This document shows positions 1 to 13,239 of a stretch of DNA of 64,000 bases, one piece after another (the first letter of the stretch is position 1; the number at the start of each line of letters is the position of its first letter). The DNA lies in contig NC_058368.1 of NCBI RefSeq assembly GCF_018350175.1, positions 98,086,001 to 98,150,000 on the forward strand, given 5' to 3'. The position numbers and the translations under genes are program-made. Source of the stretch: Felis catus (lineage: Eukaryota). Below the pieces are notes generated by a model that searched no databases, was not told the DNA's origin, and worked only from the letters and a program-made list of their open reading frames with translations.

Positions 1-1278
1 CATTTTTACTACATTTAATCAATGATTAGAATATCCAGTTGGTACATCCTTGTACCAAAAGCATCGTTGCTTTTGTGAATGTTTCTCATCTTGATTATGG
101 TCACAGGAGACAGGAAGGGTCTTTTTGGGTGATTCTTCATCACTGCTGTAGGAGTTTTTGTAATAGCCAGTAGTCTCATTGTCATAGTCTTCAGTTTTAT
201 AATCCCTCTTCTTGGACCTTGGATTAATGCTTGGCGAATACTAAGAGTTAAGTGAACACTGGTTAAATGAATGAAAGTTCTCCCATATTTTCACTTCTAG
301 TAAGCTTGGCTGAAGCACCCAAGAGCACATGTGTATATAAATAAATACATTAATAATATATATACATACATGCACACACATATGATATTATACATCATTA
401 TTATATCCATTATTATCATCCACCATTACATGTATATATATATTTTTGCTATTCTGCCATTGAAAAAATATACAGGAAGCATCATGCATTTAAAATAGAC
501 TCAATTTGTGATTTCAGATTTCCTTATAATCTAATTCTATGCTATAAATAACTAAATAATAGTACTTTTAAGCAGTTATATCAGTCAACATCATTATAGC
601 TTTCCTACGGGAAACCATAGCAGTAAAATGTGGCAAAACTAGTAGATCAGCAGTCTGGGTGAGCAGTAGTTTTTCTGTTCTCTAACACATAACATTATGA
701 AAATGAGCCTGACTGAGCAAGCATAAAGGAAGGACTATGAATATTAGGTTATTTATCATAAAAGTCGATCCTTATGATTGCTTTTCTTAATAAAATGTTC
801 TGTAACATAATGAAATATGCATAAATACAGAATGAATGCTCCATTTCAAAGAATGTCTATAGAACTTGTGGGAATAATTTAGCAGATAGACATAATTAAT
901 GTGATAGCTGTTGGATAACTTTGACTTGGATATTGCAGATAATTGTAGGGGAAAGGGTTTAGCCCAATCATGGTTTATGTTTCAAAGGGAGCTTGGAGAA
1001 ATGACTACTTAGCAGTGGAGAGTGAAAGAGAGACTCTGGCCATGATTAAATAGATATAAAAGTGAATAAATTCAGCTATCTTCTTCATAAAAATATTTCT
1101 CTTACTAGTACAAAGAAAGACCAAGACCTGTTAAGGTCCATCATTCTTTATTATGTATTCCTTTTCCCTGTTTCTTGGAAGTACTGTTTTCAATTTATCA
1201 TGGAACTTACACATTTTTGTTAGAATTAATTTAGGTCTCATCTAATATAACTGGAAAATACAAACATATTTTAAATAG

Positions 1279-1616
1279 TGTTAAATTAATTAAACAAGGA
1301 GGACTGGTTCGACTGATGTGGCACTAATATCATGGCATCTCTGAAAGGAAAGCGAAATCATCAGCCTATAAATACCTCAAGGTTATGGTATCAAAACCTA
1401 AGGACAGCCAGTGAGTCATGAGCAGCCAGCTAGGCTGTAAGCTGTAGCCAACCAATTTTCTTACTTTGCTTCAGTCTTTTCTCTATAAAGGTTTTTCCCT
1501 AGCAGCCATTGGCAGAGTGCTCCTGACCACTGTCGGCCGGGCACTGCCCAAGTGAAATCAATTCTTGCTCGATTTAAATTCTCAACTTTTAATACACTTC
1601 GTTATACCTTTTAATG
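1279..1616 (+). mobile_element. Solo LTR, ERV1 class (MER4-group-like)
   Basis: Starts TGTTAAATTAA and ends TTTTAATG (likely decayed TTAACA). Contains CCAAT (1452), TATAAA (1484) and AP-1 TGAGTCA (1412). Flanks ATAG/ATAA resemble a 4-bp TSD. Confidence 0.6.
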
Positions 1617-2409
1617 ATAATAATGCAATTTTGTGATTTCTTTTTAAAGAAACTTTAGATATACAACCTACGATGATCTTAGTAAAATAAGAGACTGGGA
1701 AACTGGGGAGGAGAAGAGCCACATGGATCTCATGACGTCAGATCAGAGCAGTGACCTGATGAAGGGCATCGTTTATGAGCTCTCGGTAAACACCAGGCTT
1801 CATGATGAGTATGTTCATGGTTTTACTGTGGTCACACCAGCACATTTTAATCACCCGGGTGAAACTTTGTGGTTTCCTTGGTGGTACAGTAATCCTGTGG
1901 CATGGTGGCCAGCCTCTGATGTGTCCTCATATTTACTCTTGTGGGAGTTTGTGACGTAACTTCATGGAGAGCCCAGCTAACTCTTTTCTGGGCTGCTTTC
2001 TGTTTCTACTTGCGCATAGTAAATGTAATTCTGAGAGCGTGAACTTCTGGATTCCTGAGGAATCCTTCTTCTTCTGAGCAAAGGCCTAAACTCCACATGA
2101 AATTAAAGCTTCAGAAAACACCATAAAATCAGTTGAAATAAATTCATCCCTTGCTGTATTTCTGAGGGGATGTACGTGCCTTATATTCCATCCTGCTCTC
2201 ACCGATCTTCCTTTTAATCCTGAGAGACAGTTTTACATTTGGCTTAAGTGACAAGGAGGTTATGGGGTAAGAATTAGTTAGAAAGAAGGCCTGTCTTCAA
2301 TGACTTTATACAACACAAATTTTTAAGATCACTTTTTAGGATAACAACTTTTCCTTTAAAATTTTACAAGAAGGGAGCAGTTTAATTTCAAGAAGATGCA
2401 CTTGACATT

Positions 2410-2639
2410 ATATTACTTGTGTTGTGCCAATAGTGTCTCCAGAATTTGACACCCTACACAGAACTCCTTAGGATGTTGGTATCATTATTGTCCCCACAGT
2501 ACACTTGGAGCAGCTGAGGCCGAGTGGGATATAAACCTTGTCTAAAGTTTCTTGGCTCATTAGTATCAGAATTTAGACTCAAACCTAAGCTTGTTTGCTT
2601 TCAAAATCGCATTTGCTTTTAAACTGCTATGCCATACTG
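2410..2639 (-). mobile_element. MIR
   Basis: Degenerate antisense MIR core (attattgtccccac...gctgaggccgag...cttgtctaaagt...ctcaaacctaag). Confidence 0.65.
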
Positions 2640-3389
2640 CATATCAGCCTTCACTTATGGTGATTTATACTGTAACTCATTGGATCAGCAACCCAGTTTC
2701 ACCACTGGGTTAATAAGCAAAGCAGGTGAGTTTCTGAGTTTCAATTTTCTACTCAAGAAAATGTGTACTATGATATCTAACATGTAAGATTATTTTCAAG
2801 CTAAAGTTGTTAACAGACATAAAACGGCTAGCTCCTATTCTGGCACCAAGTTCATGTCCAAGAAATGTTTGTTGTAACTTGAAAAAAAAAAAAAGATTTG
2901 TTCTTGTCTTCCTCTCTCGCTTACCTGTCCAATCCATAACCTACCTTGGTTCAAATTTTGTGCAACTCAAAGCAGATAACTTGGTGATATTGTCATGACC
3001 AGTTTTTATCCCCTCCATTTGGAAAGATCAAAAATAGTTTATACAAGGTCTTTATACAGGGAAATGCTTCTTATGCCTGAAGATCATCATGAGCCAGGTG
3101 CTGTGGATTTATAGAGAAGGTATTAAACCAGGGCCCAGAGGCAAGAAGGAAATTTGCAGAGGCCTCAGTGGAAGAGATGGCACTTTGAGCTGAGCCTTAA
3201 AGAATAAGCCCCACAACAAGTGGAGAAAGAAGTAACTGCTTTTCATATCATGGAACCCCCCCAACCCCCCGTCCTGAGGCAAACACCTGATCAGTCATTG
3301 GGGAAATCAGCTGGCATCCAGGGCCATTCCAAGGTAAGAGACAGGGAGGATGTGGTAGGAGATAGTGACCTTAAGACAGGAGAAAACTT

Positions 3390-3613
3390 GAGCCACCTGG
3401 GTGGCTCAGTCAGTTAAGCGTCTGATTCTTGATTTTGGCTCAGGTCATGATCTCACAGTATGTGGGATCAAGCCCCATATTGGGCTCCACACTAATAGTG
3501 TGGAGCCTGCTTGGGATCCTCTCTCTCTCCTTCTCTCTGCCCCTCCCCTGCTCACACTCTCCTTCTCTCAAAGTAAATACATAAACTAAAAACAAACAAA
3601 CAAACAAACAAAA
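3390..3613 (+). mobile_element. Can-SINE
   Basis: tRNA-derived head cacctgggtggctcagtcagttaag, (CT)n linker, A-rich tail; TSD aagacagga(g/a)aaaactt. Confidence 0.95.
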
Positions 3614-5259
3614 AAGACAGGAAAAAAACTTGATCTTGAGCAAATTTCAGTGCTTTGAAAAATACTGTTCCTTATTTTATTTAAATTATGCCAATGAGCC
3701 AGTAAATGTTTTTCTTCTTGGTTACTTTTTAGTAAAAAAAACATTTTGGAATATTTGGGTTTTGATCTTGTCAATTACTAAGAAATCACTTATTAAATGC
3801 AGCAAAGCCTAAATGTATTATATAATACCAATGGGCTGAAGGACAATGCATGTTGAAAGATAATCAGTTTGCTTTTTTTTTTTTTTCAACCTGCCTGTAT
3901 AAGGCCTTGTGAGGGTCACTTGTTCTTTTAGAGCTAAAAGATTTAAAACTATTTGTGATTATTCTGCTAACTGTCAGAGTTTGGGCATGTCAGTCTTGTA
4001 CGTACAACGTAAAGAGAGGTTTTAGAAAAGATTAGTTATAATTCCCTATTTTATAATGCTTTAAAACTGCTTAGTTCAACCAGTTTATCAAAACCCCCTA
4101 AAAAAGGACTTGCTGACATTGAGAAATGCTTTTCCATCATTTGCTTTATCTTTCATAATTCATGAAACTCTATGTGAATCCAGTATTTAAAAATATTTTT
4201 TAATTTTAAGAAATGGTGGTATACCTTTTCAGTATTTCTCTTCCTTAGTTACGTTAGAACCATGGGGGTTCTGGGGCTCATAACGTTACATATTTGAACT
4301 TAACCTTAAAGGGAGAGAATGAAAAGTAGATGGTCAAAGAGATTCATTCCCTTTCTCTAGAACAAATACTATGTTATGTAACTAACTGAAACTAATTGAA
4401 ACAGATGCTGCATTTCTCTGAAAGCAAACTTGTATATAGTTTATACACATTTAGGCTGTGCATTTAAAATGAGAACTACTTTGAACTTCAAAAGTAATTT
4501 TCCCCCTTTGATAGAATAAAGGGAGACTCTGAGGTTGCTTTCTGTTCTATAAACACTTGTAGCTTGAGATTTTTAAAAAGTATTCTCACAATCCAGTCTC
4601 CTTTGCTGAAGAAATTTAAAATCAGACAAGCGACTGCACATTCAAGTAGACAGTGTTCAGCCTGCTTTCTTACAATCAGTGTTCCAGGCCCCACAATAAT
4701 CTATTTCATGCTGCTGTGTGCTGCAGTATTTTATCTTTTAATTGTCAAGTTTATGCTGGTAATTTCATTTCGTGGGAGTGGGTACTCCTTGACGCTCTAT
4801 TTTCTTCCTGTTCATTGTCCTTGTACTAATGGAACAGTTGAGTGTTTATTAAATGTCTGATGAAGTGCGTTGGAGTGAATGTGAGCTTATGTGGCTTTCC
4901 CAAGCACATCATCTATTTATAAGATTTCTGGTTCTTATAGTTCGGCTTTCACTTTATAATATGCATCCATTTGTATATATGCTATAGTTAATGCAGTCTG
5001 ACCTTTTCTTAGCCTTTCTCCATACCCCTATTCCAGTCAACTTCTTCTCATGATCAGTTAGATTACTTTATCTGTGTTACAGTAAAGGGAATACAAATGA
5101 CTAAAGATTAGAAAAAGTCAAGTCCTGAAAATATAAAGTATGCCCAATGCATATAATCTAACATTCCCTTATTTGCGTCTTATTTGTGCAGCAAACCATG
5201 ACCTAGGGAGTATTTAAAGATAACAAAGAGCACAGAAAAATATTTGGAAACTGTCATCA

Positions 5260-5580
5260 TAGATGACCTTTGAGTAACCTTGGGGTTGGGAGTTCTAGCC
5301 CCTATGGAGTCAAAAACGCATGTATAACTTTTGACTTCCCCCAAACCAAACTTGTAATAGCCTGCTGTAGACTAAAGCCTTCCTGATAACATAAATACAT
5401 ATTTTGTATGTCACGTGTATTATATACTGTATTCTTACAGTCAAGTAAGCTAGTGAAAATGTTAAGAAAAATCGTAATGAGGAGAAAATACATTTGCAGG
5501 TACTGTATTTATAAAAAAAAACAACCCACGTGTTACGTGGACTCTTGCAGTTCAAACCTGTGTTACTCAACTGTCAAGTG
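5260..5580. mobile_element. Tigger2-family (TcMar) non-autonomous DNA transposon fossil
   Basis: Degenerate TIRs tagatgacctttgagtaac ... gttactcaactgtcaagtg followed by TA; internal gtataacttttgact and gcagttcaaacctgtgtt resemble Tigger2/MER28. Confidence 0.75.
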
Positions 5581-5834
5581 TATATTAGTTGTATCTGGGA
5601 ACAGAAGTGGAGACAGTGTGTAGGAAATCTTTATTTCCAGTGTTCATAAGCTGATTTTGGGATGTATAAAGGCATTATAACATTATGGGTTAATACCTCC
5701 AGAAGTGTGAATTCTAAGAATTTTGTATAGATCAGCCATGTACCACATCCACATATCAGATCACAGTAGTCAGAATGCATGCAGAATGAATAGTTTGAAA
5801 AGAAGAAAACCTTAGAAATGATAATTATTATAAA

Positions 5835-6070
5835 TGTATAACATTTATTGAAAATTTATTATATGCTATAAACTTGTAGGTGCTGTACATTTATCCCACT
5901 TAATCCTCAAAGCAATCCTATGAAATAGAGATAATTATATTCTCTTTCACAAATGAAGAGATTGCTGCAGAGGAAAGTTTGTAATCCATGTGTGAATAAC
6001 TGACAAGTACTAGTTCAGACTTTGAACCTGGGTGTTAGACTCCAGAACACAGACACCTAATTATTACTCT
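5835..6070 (-). mobile_element. MIR
   Basis: taatcctcaaagcaatcctatgaaatagag...ttcacaaatgaagagattg...tttgaacctggg...gactccaga matches the antisense MIR core. Confidence 0.75.
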
Positions 6071-6421
6071 AATCTCTGGTTGTGCTTGGTTGGCCAGAAA
6101 TCTCTTCCTTGTCTTCAGTCCTGGTGGTTGAAAATTTCTGTTAAGATGATTTAATTTTTATGTTTCGATTTCTTGAGTATAACTCACTTTTGCCTCCACT
6201 GAAGAATTTTCAGTGTGTAAAGTTCATGTCCAGGTATCTGTTCTTATTCTAGAAGACCACACACATAGGAGCTTAGGTTGAATTTGTAATTATACCAACA
6301 CATATCTTGGAAATTGGTTATAAAAAATTAATTAATTAGTTAATATTAACAATATTAAACTCCATATATTCCCCCTAAGAGTAGAATTCATAGAACAACA
6401 TTAATATCTGAGGATAGTTTT

Positions 6422-6641
6422 ATTTAAATTTTTTTTTTAACATTTATTCATTTTTGAGAGACAGAGAGAGACAGAGCATGAGTGGGGAAGGGGCAGAGGG
6501 AGAAGGAGACACAGAATCTGAAGCAGGCTCTAGGCTTGGAGCTGTCAGCACAGAGCCCGACGCGGGGCTTGAACTCACGAACTGAGAGATCATGACCTGA
6601 GCTGAAGTCGGACACTCAACCGACTGAGCCACCAGGCGCCC
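6422..6641 (-). mobile_element. Can-SINE (felid SINEC_Fc-like)
   Basis: Reverse-complement SINE body; TSD g(a/g)ggatagtttt. Confidence 0.95.
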
Positions 6642-8539
6642 GGGGATAGTTTTTCTTAGATAGGTTCTAGCCATTGTGTTTTAATTTAATGTTGTTATGC
6701 CCTCCATTTCAAAAGAATCTCAAATGACTACCAACAATTTATATTTGGTGGTCTGCTACAGTGTGAAGACAGTGGAATACATTTTTGCTTATGAAGCCCT
6801 TGTGAAAATCAGTCAACTCTATGCAATGCAGTAAACATTAGTTTTTAAATTAATGTGAGAGACTTGCTGCAATTGGAAATGTCTACAAAAAGAACAGAAA
6901 GATTGAGAGGGAACTTGAAAAATCAAGGTAATTACAATTTTGAGGCCACATTCGACTCCCACTAAAATATATATTTTTGGCATTAACGGGCTGTATTGTA
7001 ATGGTTCCTTTATTGATTTTAAGTTTATAGCATAATACTTAGAAATTATGATTGGAGATGAAATACTGATTTGATGAATTTGCCTTTAAAAATGGCTAAA
7101 TGTATAAATTTAAGTGTTTGTAAATTGAAAGTAAGGTTCTGAAAAATGGGTAGGTAAAACGGGAATCCTGAAATTAGATGAATGTGTATGTGAACTCTGC
7201 AGTGTGGATTATTTTCTTACTCAGGTTAGTGAGCGTGGAAATCTTACACAGCCTATATAGTTACATGCGGTAACATTTGAAATAATAAAGCTATTGAGTC
7301 TGTGAGTCCTTGAAAAATCAAAAGGAAAGGAAAACTAATTACTATGTCTTGTATATGGAATGGTTAACAGAAGGCTCCAGACAAAGTCTTTCTCTGATAG
7401 TACTTCCTATTTTGGGACAAACTGTTGCTACAGCAATCACTACAAGTGGCCATTATTGTAGTTTGTTTTCAGTGGTATGTTTCATCTAGCCGTGTCAAAA
7501 CAGTGTGGGAATAATCAAAGATTCATATTAAAGGGAAACATCTTAAGCATCACATTAGGTACTTAATTAACTCATGCAACAGCTTTGAGTGATGATACAA
7601 TGGATGTCTGAATCAAGACTGTGTACTGTTAATAATTAAAGTAGCCATATTCTCCATCCTGACCATTCATGATTTAAAAGTCAGTTTATGGTTCTCCAGA
7701 GCTGTTGCTGAGCCCATGAATCTAGTCTGGGTCTTTTTGTTTTCACTGGGCATTTGCTTTTTAAATATCATAGCATTTGCAGCAGGGAGTGTTTCCTGAT
7801 GTAATATATGGAGAAAGTAATAGATGATTGCAGGATTAGTGGCTAGAAATAATTAAAATGACACTACTAAGCTCTGTCCTTTCACGGAGAGAACTCCAAT
7901 TAAGCCACATCTCCTTTCCATTATCACCCTACTGCCAATTAAAATCTGATGTATTTTGTCAGTTTTATACAGACGAAGCTTTTAGTCTTTCATACGCTCA
8001 AGAATTTACATTCTGGCAGGATTATAAAGGGCTCTGTCATTTAAATTTTATATGCCTATAAAAGACTCCACTCAGACCTTCCTTTTCTCACTTCCCAAAC
8101 TTCTCTCATTGTCACCAATATTAAAAAATGTCTTTTATTGTAACAGCAGTGTGGTGCTTGTTAATGTTTAACATTTACATTTTCTCAGAATGCAATTACG
8201 TAAGAAAGATAATTTCAGAATAAACACAAAGTACATAGTATACTAATAAGAACTCTAATTTATACAGTATATCTTTTTTAGGCATCACAGTTTGGTGTGG
8301 GTCAAGTGTAAGGCAGAGTTGCCTTTAGTCTGCATTCTTTTAGGCAATGGAGACAGAGAAGGACAGATATTTATTATTAGGGGCTGGTATATTTAGTATT
8401 TATCTGCAACTATGGTAGAATAATTTTTAGGGAAGTATGGGTAGTAGAGAAAAAATATGAAGGGAGAGAGTCTTTCAGAATTGTACACAGATTTAACCTA
8501 CGTAATTGCAGAAAAATGGTAGTAGAGAAGCACCGTGAC

Positions 8540-8760
8540 ATGTTGGATGGAGGTATGTTCTGGAAGTGAGCAGTCCTGATTTTGAATCTCCAGCTTTGTG
8601 TGCTACTAAATTGGAGGCATTTTTCAGGTTATATATTCTCTCCCAAGTATCAGTTTCCTCAGTTTTGATAAGAGGGTGATAATATGCAGTCCGAGGCTTT
8701 GTGAAAAGAATAGACACCAAGCACAGCAAGGAACAGATACCAGATACTTGGTAACTGGTA
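8540..8760 (+). mobile_element. MIR
   Basis: tttgaatctccagct...tcagtttcctcagttttgataagagggtgataata resembles the MIR core. Confidence 0.6.
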
Positions 8761-9426
8761 ATAATGTTGCTGGATTGTGGTTGGCATTCTGTAGTTTTAT
8801 TAGCTGAGTGATTTCCAGTCCCAGATGTCCCGTGTTGCTTCTCACCCTTATCCGAGAAGCAGCATCATATAGGCTCTCAGGAAACATTCTACTGATGTAT
8901 CAAAATTTTAACTTAATCACCAGGAAATCGCTTGAAAGAATAAAACATTATACAACCAAAGATAAACAAATATTCATCTCTCTGTTCTCTTTGTCCATTG
9001 ATCTCTTTCTCTTCCCTAGTTATTGATGTAGATAATAGAAAAATCACTATGGAGGACAAATACACTGAATCTACATTCAACTTTGAAGAGAATTGTAGCA
9101 GAAGTGAAATCTGTGAATATAGTGCCGTTAATATTTGAAAATCAACTGTTTAATCCTTCTGTTAATAATACAGATATACATGTTTGAAACAACTCATAGC
9201 TTGGTGGTCTCTTTGTTGTTCTTTGATTTACTATTGTTTTTCAAATGAAACCTTTTGTACTTGAAAGCTGATTGCAGAATATTCTTGCTTTTTTGGCATA
9301 CCAGAAAATGCTCGAAATTAGTAAGCTCTTTGGTAAATATTGTAAATGATCATGTGGCTACTGAATAGTCATTTATTTATTCCAGTGAGCACACAAATAA
9401 GTCTCTTGTTTAAAAAAAACTCTCTC

Positions 9427-9649
9427 AGGGGCTCCTGGGTGGCTCAGTTGGTTAAGCGTCTGACTTCAGCTCAGGTCATGATCTCACCGTCTGTGACTTC
9501 GAGCCCCGAGTCAGGCTGTGTGCTGACAGCTCAGAGCCTGGAGCCTGCTTTGGATTCTTTGTCTCCCTCTCTCTCTGCCTCTCCCCTGCTTATGCTCTGT
9601 CTCTCTCTGTCTCAAAAATAAATAAAAACATTAAAAAAATTTTTTTAAG
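9427..9649 (+). mobile_element. Can-SINE
   Basis: Complete head, linker and tail; TSD aa(a/g)aaactctctc. Confidence 0.95.
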
Positions 9650-9699
9650 AAGAAACTCTCTCTTGAGCCCACTTTGTTTTCCCAGTCATGCTCCTTACC

Positions 9700-11377
9700 T
9701 CTATGGCTTTTTATAGGAAAATTATTTGGAAAATTTGTTCAACACTCAGTGACTCCACTTCCTCTCCTGTTATTTCCTAAGTCCTATATAATCATGTTTT
9801 GACCCTATGGTTTCCATCAAAATATCTCTTACAAGTATCAGCAAAGTCCCCCATGTTGCCAAATTAAGTGGTTACTTCTTAGTGTTCCTTTACTTGACCT
9901 GTCAACTTCATTTGACATAGTGATTGGGCTCTCTTAATTAGAAAAACACTTTTCTTCTTTAGCTTTCAGGATATCACTCTCTTGTTCATATTTATTTCAC
10001 ACTATTGCATTCTCAGTTTCTTTTGCTAGTTTCTGTCCATCTTCCCAAATGAGGGCTTGGTCCCTGGGCTCAATCTCTTTTCTATTTCTACTCTTACCCT
10101 AGAAACCTTACCTAAGGAGTCAGCGACTCACCAATAAATACCTACATCCTGAATCTTTCTCCCTCTCCCTTAAACTACAGACTTGTTTATGCACCCGCTT
10201 AACTGATGTTGTCTCTTGAATGACTGTAGCGTATGCTAGTTAATCTTCTGCCTTTCCCATGCTACCTCCTTCTTTTGCACCATTCCTTATTTTAGTAACA
10301 GGAATTCTGTTCATCTAGTTACTCAGAAAAAAAAAATTGGAGGCCTCCTGGATTTTCATCTTTCCTGTCCCATCTTAGTAGATTCTGTTAGTCCTACCTT
10401 CAAAATATATGTAAATTGTGATGCTCCTTGCTACTTGGAGTCTAGTCTAGAGAACCATCCACTCTCATCCTGTGCATTACACCAAGCTAGCATGTCTCCT
10501 TGCTTCTACAGCTGCCCCTGTGCAAGTTAGGATAGGTGGCCCTCATGTGCTGTCCTCACAGCTTCCTTTGGCTTTCCATCTCATGTAGTGAAGTATCTAA
10601 AGGCCTTGCATTGGGGTGCCTGGGTGGCTCAGTCATTTGAGTGTCCCGACTTCGGCTCAGGTCATGATCTCACAGCTTGTGAGTTCGAGCCCTGCAGCGG
10701 GCTCTGCTGACAGCTCAGAGCCTGGAGCCTGCTTCGGATTCTGTGTCTCCCTCTCTCTCTGCCCTTAACCCACTCACATTTTGTCTCTGTCTCTCTCAAA
10801 AATAAACATTTAAAAAATTAAAAAAAAAAATAAAGGCCTTGCATTGCTTCCACGGCCTGGAACGATCTGCCCTCCCCCTGTTTTCTCAGTGACCTCATCT
10901 CTTCTCTTTCCTTTCTCTGCTCCAGCCTCACTAGCTCTCTTGCTGTTCCTTAAGTAGGGCAAGCCACTAAGCACTTCACCCTCTGAGGGCCATGGCGTTT
11001 GCTCTTCCCATTGTGTGCAGCATCCTCTCCTCAAAAGTCACTTGGCTCATGCCCTCATTTCTTCCAAGTCGCTGTTCAGATGTCAGCTTGTCTCTGAACT
11101 CGCCCCCCCCCACCCGAACGTCCTATCAGAAAACCTCGCATTTCAATTTGCCACACCCTATTCCCCTTATTCCAATTTCTTTTTTCTCCAAGGCACTTAT
11201 TACTATAATATATTACCATTAATATCTGTTCATTCTTTTAAAATTTTCTGCCTACTCCATTATGATAGAAGTTTTTGGGAAGCTTGGGCGTTATTTGTAC
11301 TACTGAATCCCAGTGCCTTGAACAGAGCCTTTAAATAGTAGGTACTCAACAAACATTTCTTGAGAGAATAAATGAAA
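9700..11377 (+). mobile_element. L2 (LINE-2) 3' portion, split by a SINE
   Basis: cttgacctgtcaacttcatttgacatagtgat resembles the L2 RT motif LDLSAAFDTVD; the 3' end tagtaggtactcaacaaacatttcttgagagaataaatgaa matches the L2 tail. Confidence 0.8.
10613..10830 (+). mobile_element. Can-SINE inserted in L2
   Basis: Perfect 15-bp TSD taaaggccttgcatt (10598-10612, 10831-10845). Confidence 0.97.
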
Positions 11378-11449
11378 TGTAGATTACTATTTTGATTTGT
11401 AAGAAAGGACCTAAGGACCATTTGTAAGAAAGGACCTAATCCAAACTTA

Positions 11450-12030
11450 GGGAATCTGGAGAGGTTTTTTTTTTTTTTTTTTAAGAAATGACTCTAGCCT
11501 AGACCTAAAAGATGTGTAGGAGTTAACCAGATGACAAAGAAGAAAAAGAGCGCTCCAGATGGAGGAAAGCAGTGTGCTCGAAAGAATGGTGTGCTTGAAG
11601 AATTAAGGCAGTTTATTCTAACTGGAGAGTCATTTGTATTTGGGGTAGCGAGTGGGAGTGGTGAGTGGCAGTGGATAAGGTTGAAGACATAAGTACAGAG
11701 GACCTCACCAGGAAGGCTTTGTGTGCTGAACCAATGTCTTGGGAGTTTTACTAAGAGAAATGGCTACCCCTTAGGGTTTTAAGGAGAGAAGTGACATGCA
11801 TTTTAGAAAGATCACACCAGCTGCCATGTATAAAATTGATGTGGGAGAGAGAAATAGGGGAGAGAAGACTAGATATGGGGCCGCTATAGAAATGTGGGGG
11901 AGAAATCATGGCTCCTGCCCTAGAAAGTGGCAGTGGGGTTAAAGAGCAGTGGCTAGCATCTGAGATATTTATGAGCTTATAATTGGACGTGAGGATAAAG
12001 AAAATGGAGAAATCAAGAATGTTTTATAAT
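11450..12030 (-). mobile_element. L2 fragment
   Basis: Purine-rich antisense L2 signature (agacctaaaagatgtgtaggagttaaccag; cattttagaaagatcacaccagctgcc; gtggcagtggggttaaagag). Confidence 0.7.
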
Positions 12031-12613
12031 AACTAAATGTGTATTTGTGCTTAAACAGATAAAATTATAGCATTCCCAACCTTTTTTTTTTTTTACATAT
12101 CTGAATTTCCAGTAAATTCCTGAGACACCTGTAAAAGATACGTTTTGCAGTATCCTATGCATATTTTCCTTGTAAAAGAATCGTAAAACTGGAATAATAT
12201 TTGTTTATAGAGAATGGATGAATTATGATTTGTTTGGAATAAAACCCATCCCAATGGACTGAAGCCTTAATTTGTCTAAAGTGTTCTGCTATTGGACTGC
12301 AAAAAAGTATAAGAAATAACAATTTTTCTTAGTGAGTGTAAATGATAAAAATAGTTGTTGATTTGATCATTTCTATCTTAAATATTTCAGTATTGCAGAA
12401 TATCAAGAGGATCTAGAAAGTCTAGTCATCTTCTTTATTTGGCTCAGCAGTGTGTTTCGTATTTTGAAAAAAACTCCATGTGACTTTCATAATGGTAGGT
12501 ACCATTAATTCAGCCCTGTGTGTCAAGCATTATATGAAGCGTTTCACATGCATGTTGTTTCATTCAGTCTTACTACAGTCCTATGAGGGTAGGTACTATT
12601 ATTGTCCCTATTT

Positions 12614-12838
12614 AAAAATTTTTTTAATGTTTATTTTTGAGAGAGGGAGGGAGAGAGAGAGAGAGAAGTAGAGCATGAGCAGGGGAGGGACAGAGAGAGG
12701 GAGACACAGAATTCAAAGCAGGCTTCAGGCTCCGAGCTGTCAGCACAGAGCCCGACACAGGGCTCAAACTCGTGAACCACGGGATCATGACCTGAGCTGA
12801 AGTCGGATGCTTAACCCACTGAGCCACTCAGGCGCCCC
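12614..12838 (-). mobile_element. Can-SINE (left arm of composite insertion)
   Basis: Complete SINE; no TSD of its own. Confidence 0.95.
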
Positions 12839-12964
12839 TCTTTACTCATGGTTTTAAAAGTGTACCTTGAGAACTTTATAAAAATAAACAAATAACCAGA
12901 TCAGTATGAAATGAAATTGGTTCTTCACTGTATAGAGGGCCTAACTTACTAGGATTAGGATCAA

Positions 12965-13226
12965 ATTCCATGGATACAGTGGAATTTTATAACATAAAAG
13001 TTGCTGGGGTATGCAACAGCGTGGATGTACTTTGAGGCCATTGTGATAAATGAAATAAGCCAGTCACAGAAAGACAAATAGCTTGTGATTCCATTTATAG
13101 GAGCTACTTAAAGTAGTTAGAAGCACAGAGACAGAAAAGGGGAGGGTAGTTTCCCTGGGGGCCATGGGGAGGAAGAATGAGGAGTTGGTGTTTAATGGGG
13201 AAGGAGTTTCATTTCTACAAGATGAA
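12965..13226 (+). mobile_element. L1MB-like 3'-region fragment lying between two SINEs
   Basis: gcaacagcgtggatgtactttgagg...tgaaataagccagtcacagaaagacaaata...gtttaatggggaaggagtttcatttctacaagatgaa, typical of the old L1 ORF2 end and 3'UTR. Confidence 0.8.
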
Positions 13227-13239
13227 GTGTAATTTGATA

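Noticed and set aside
1723..1959. 78-aa ATG ORF
   Set aside because: No recognisable homology or splice structure; length compatible with chance.
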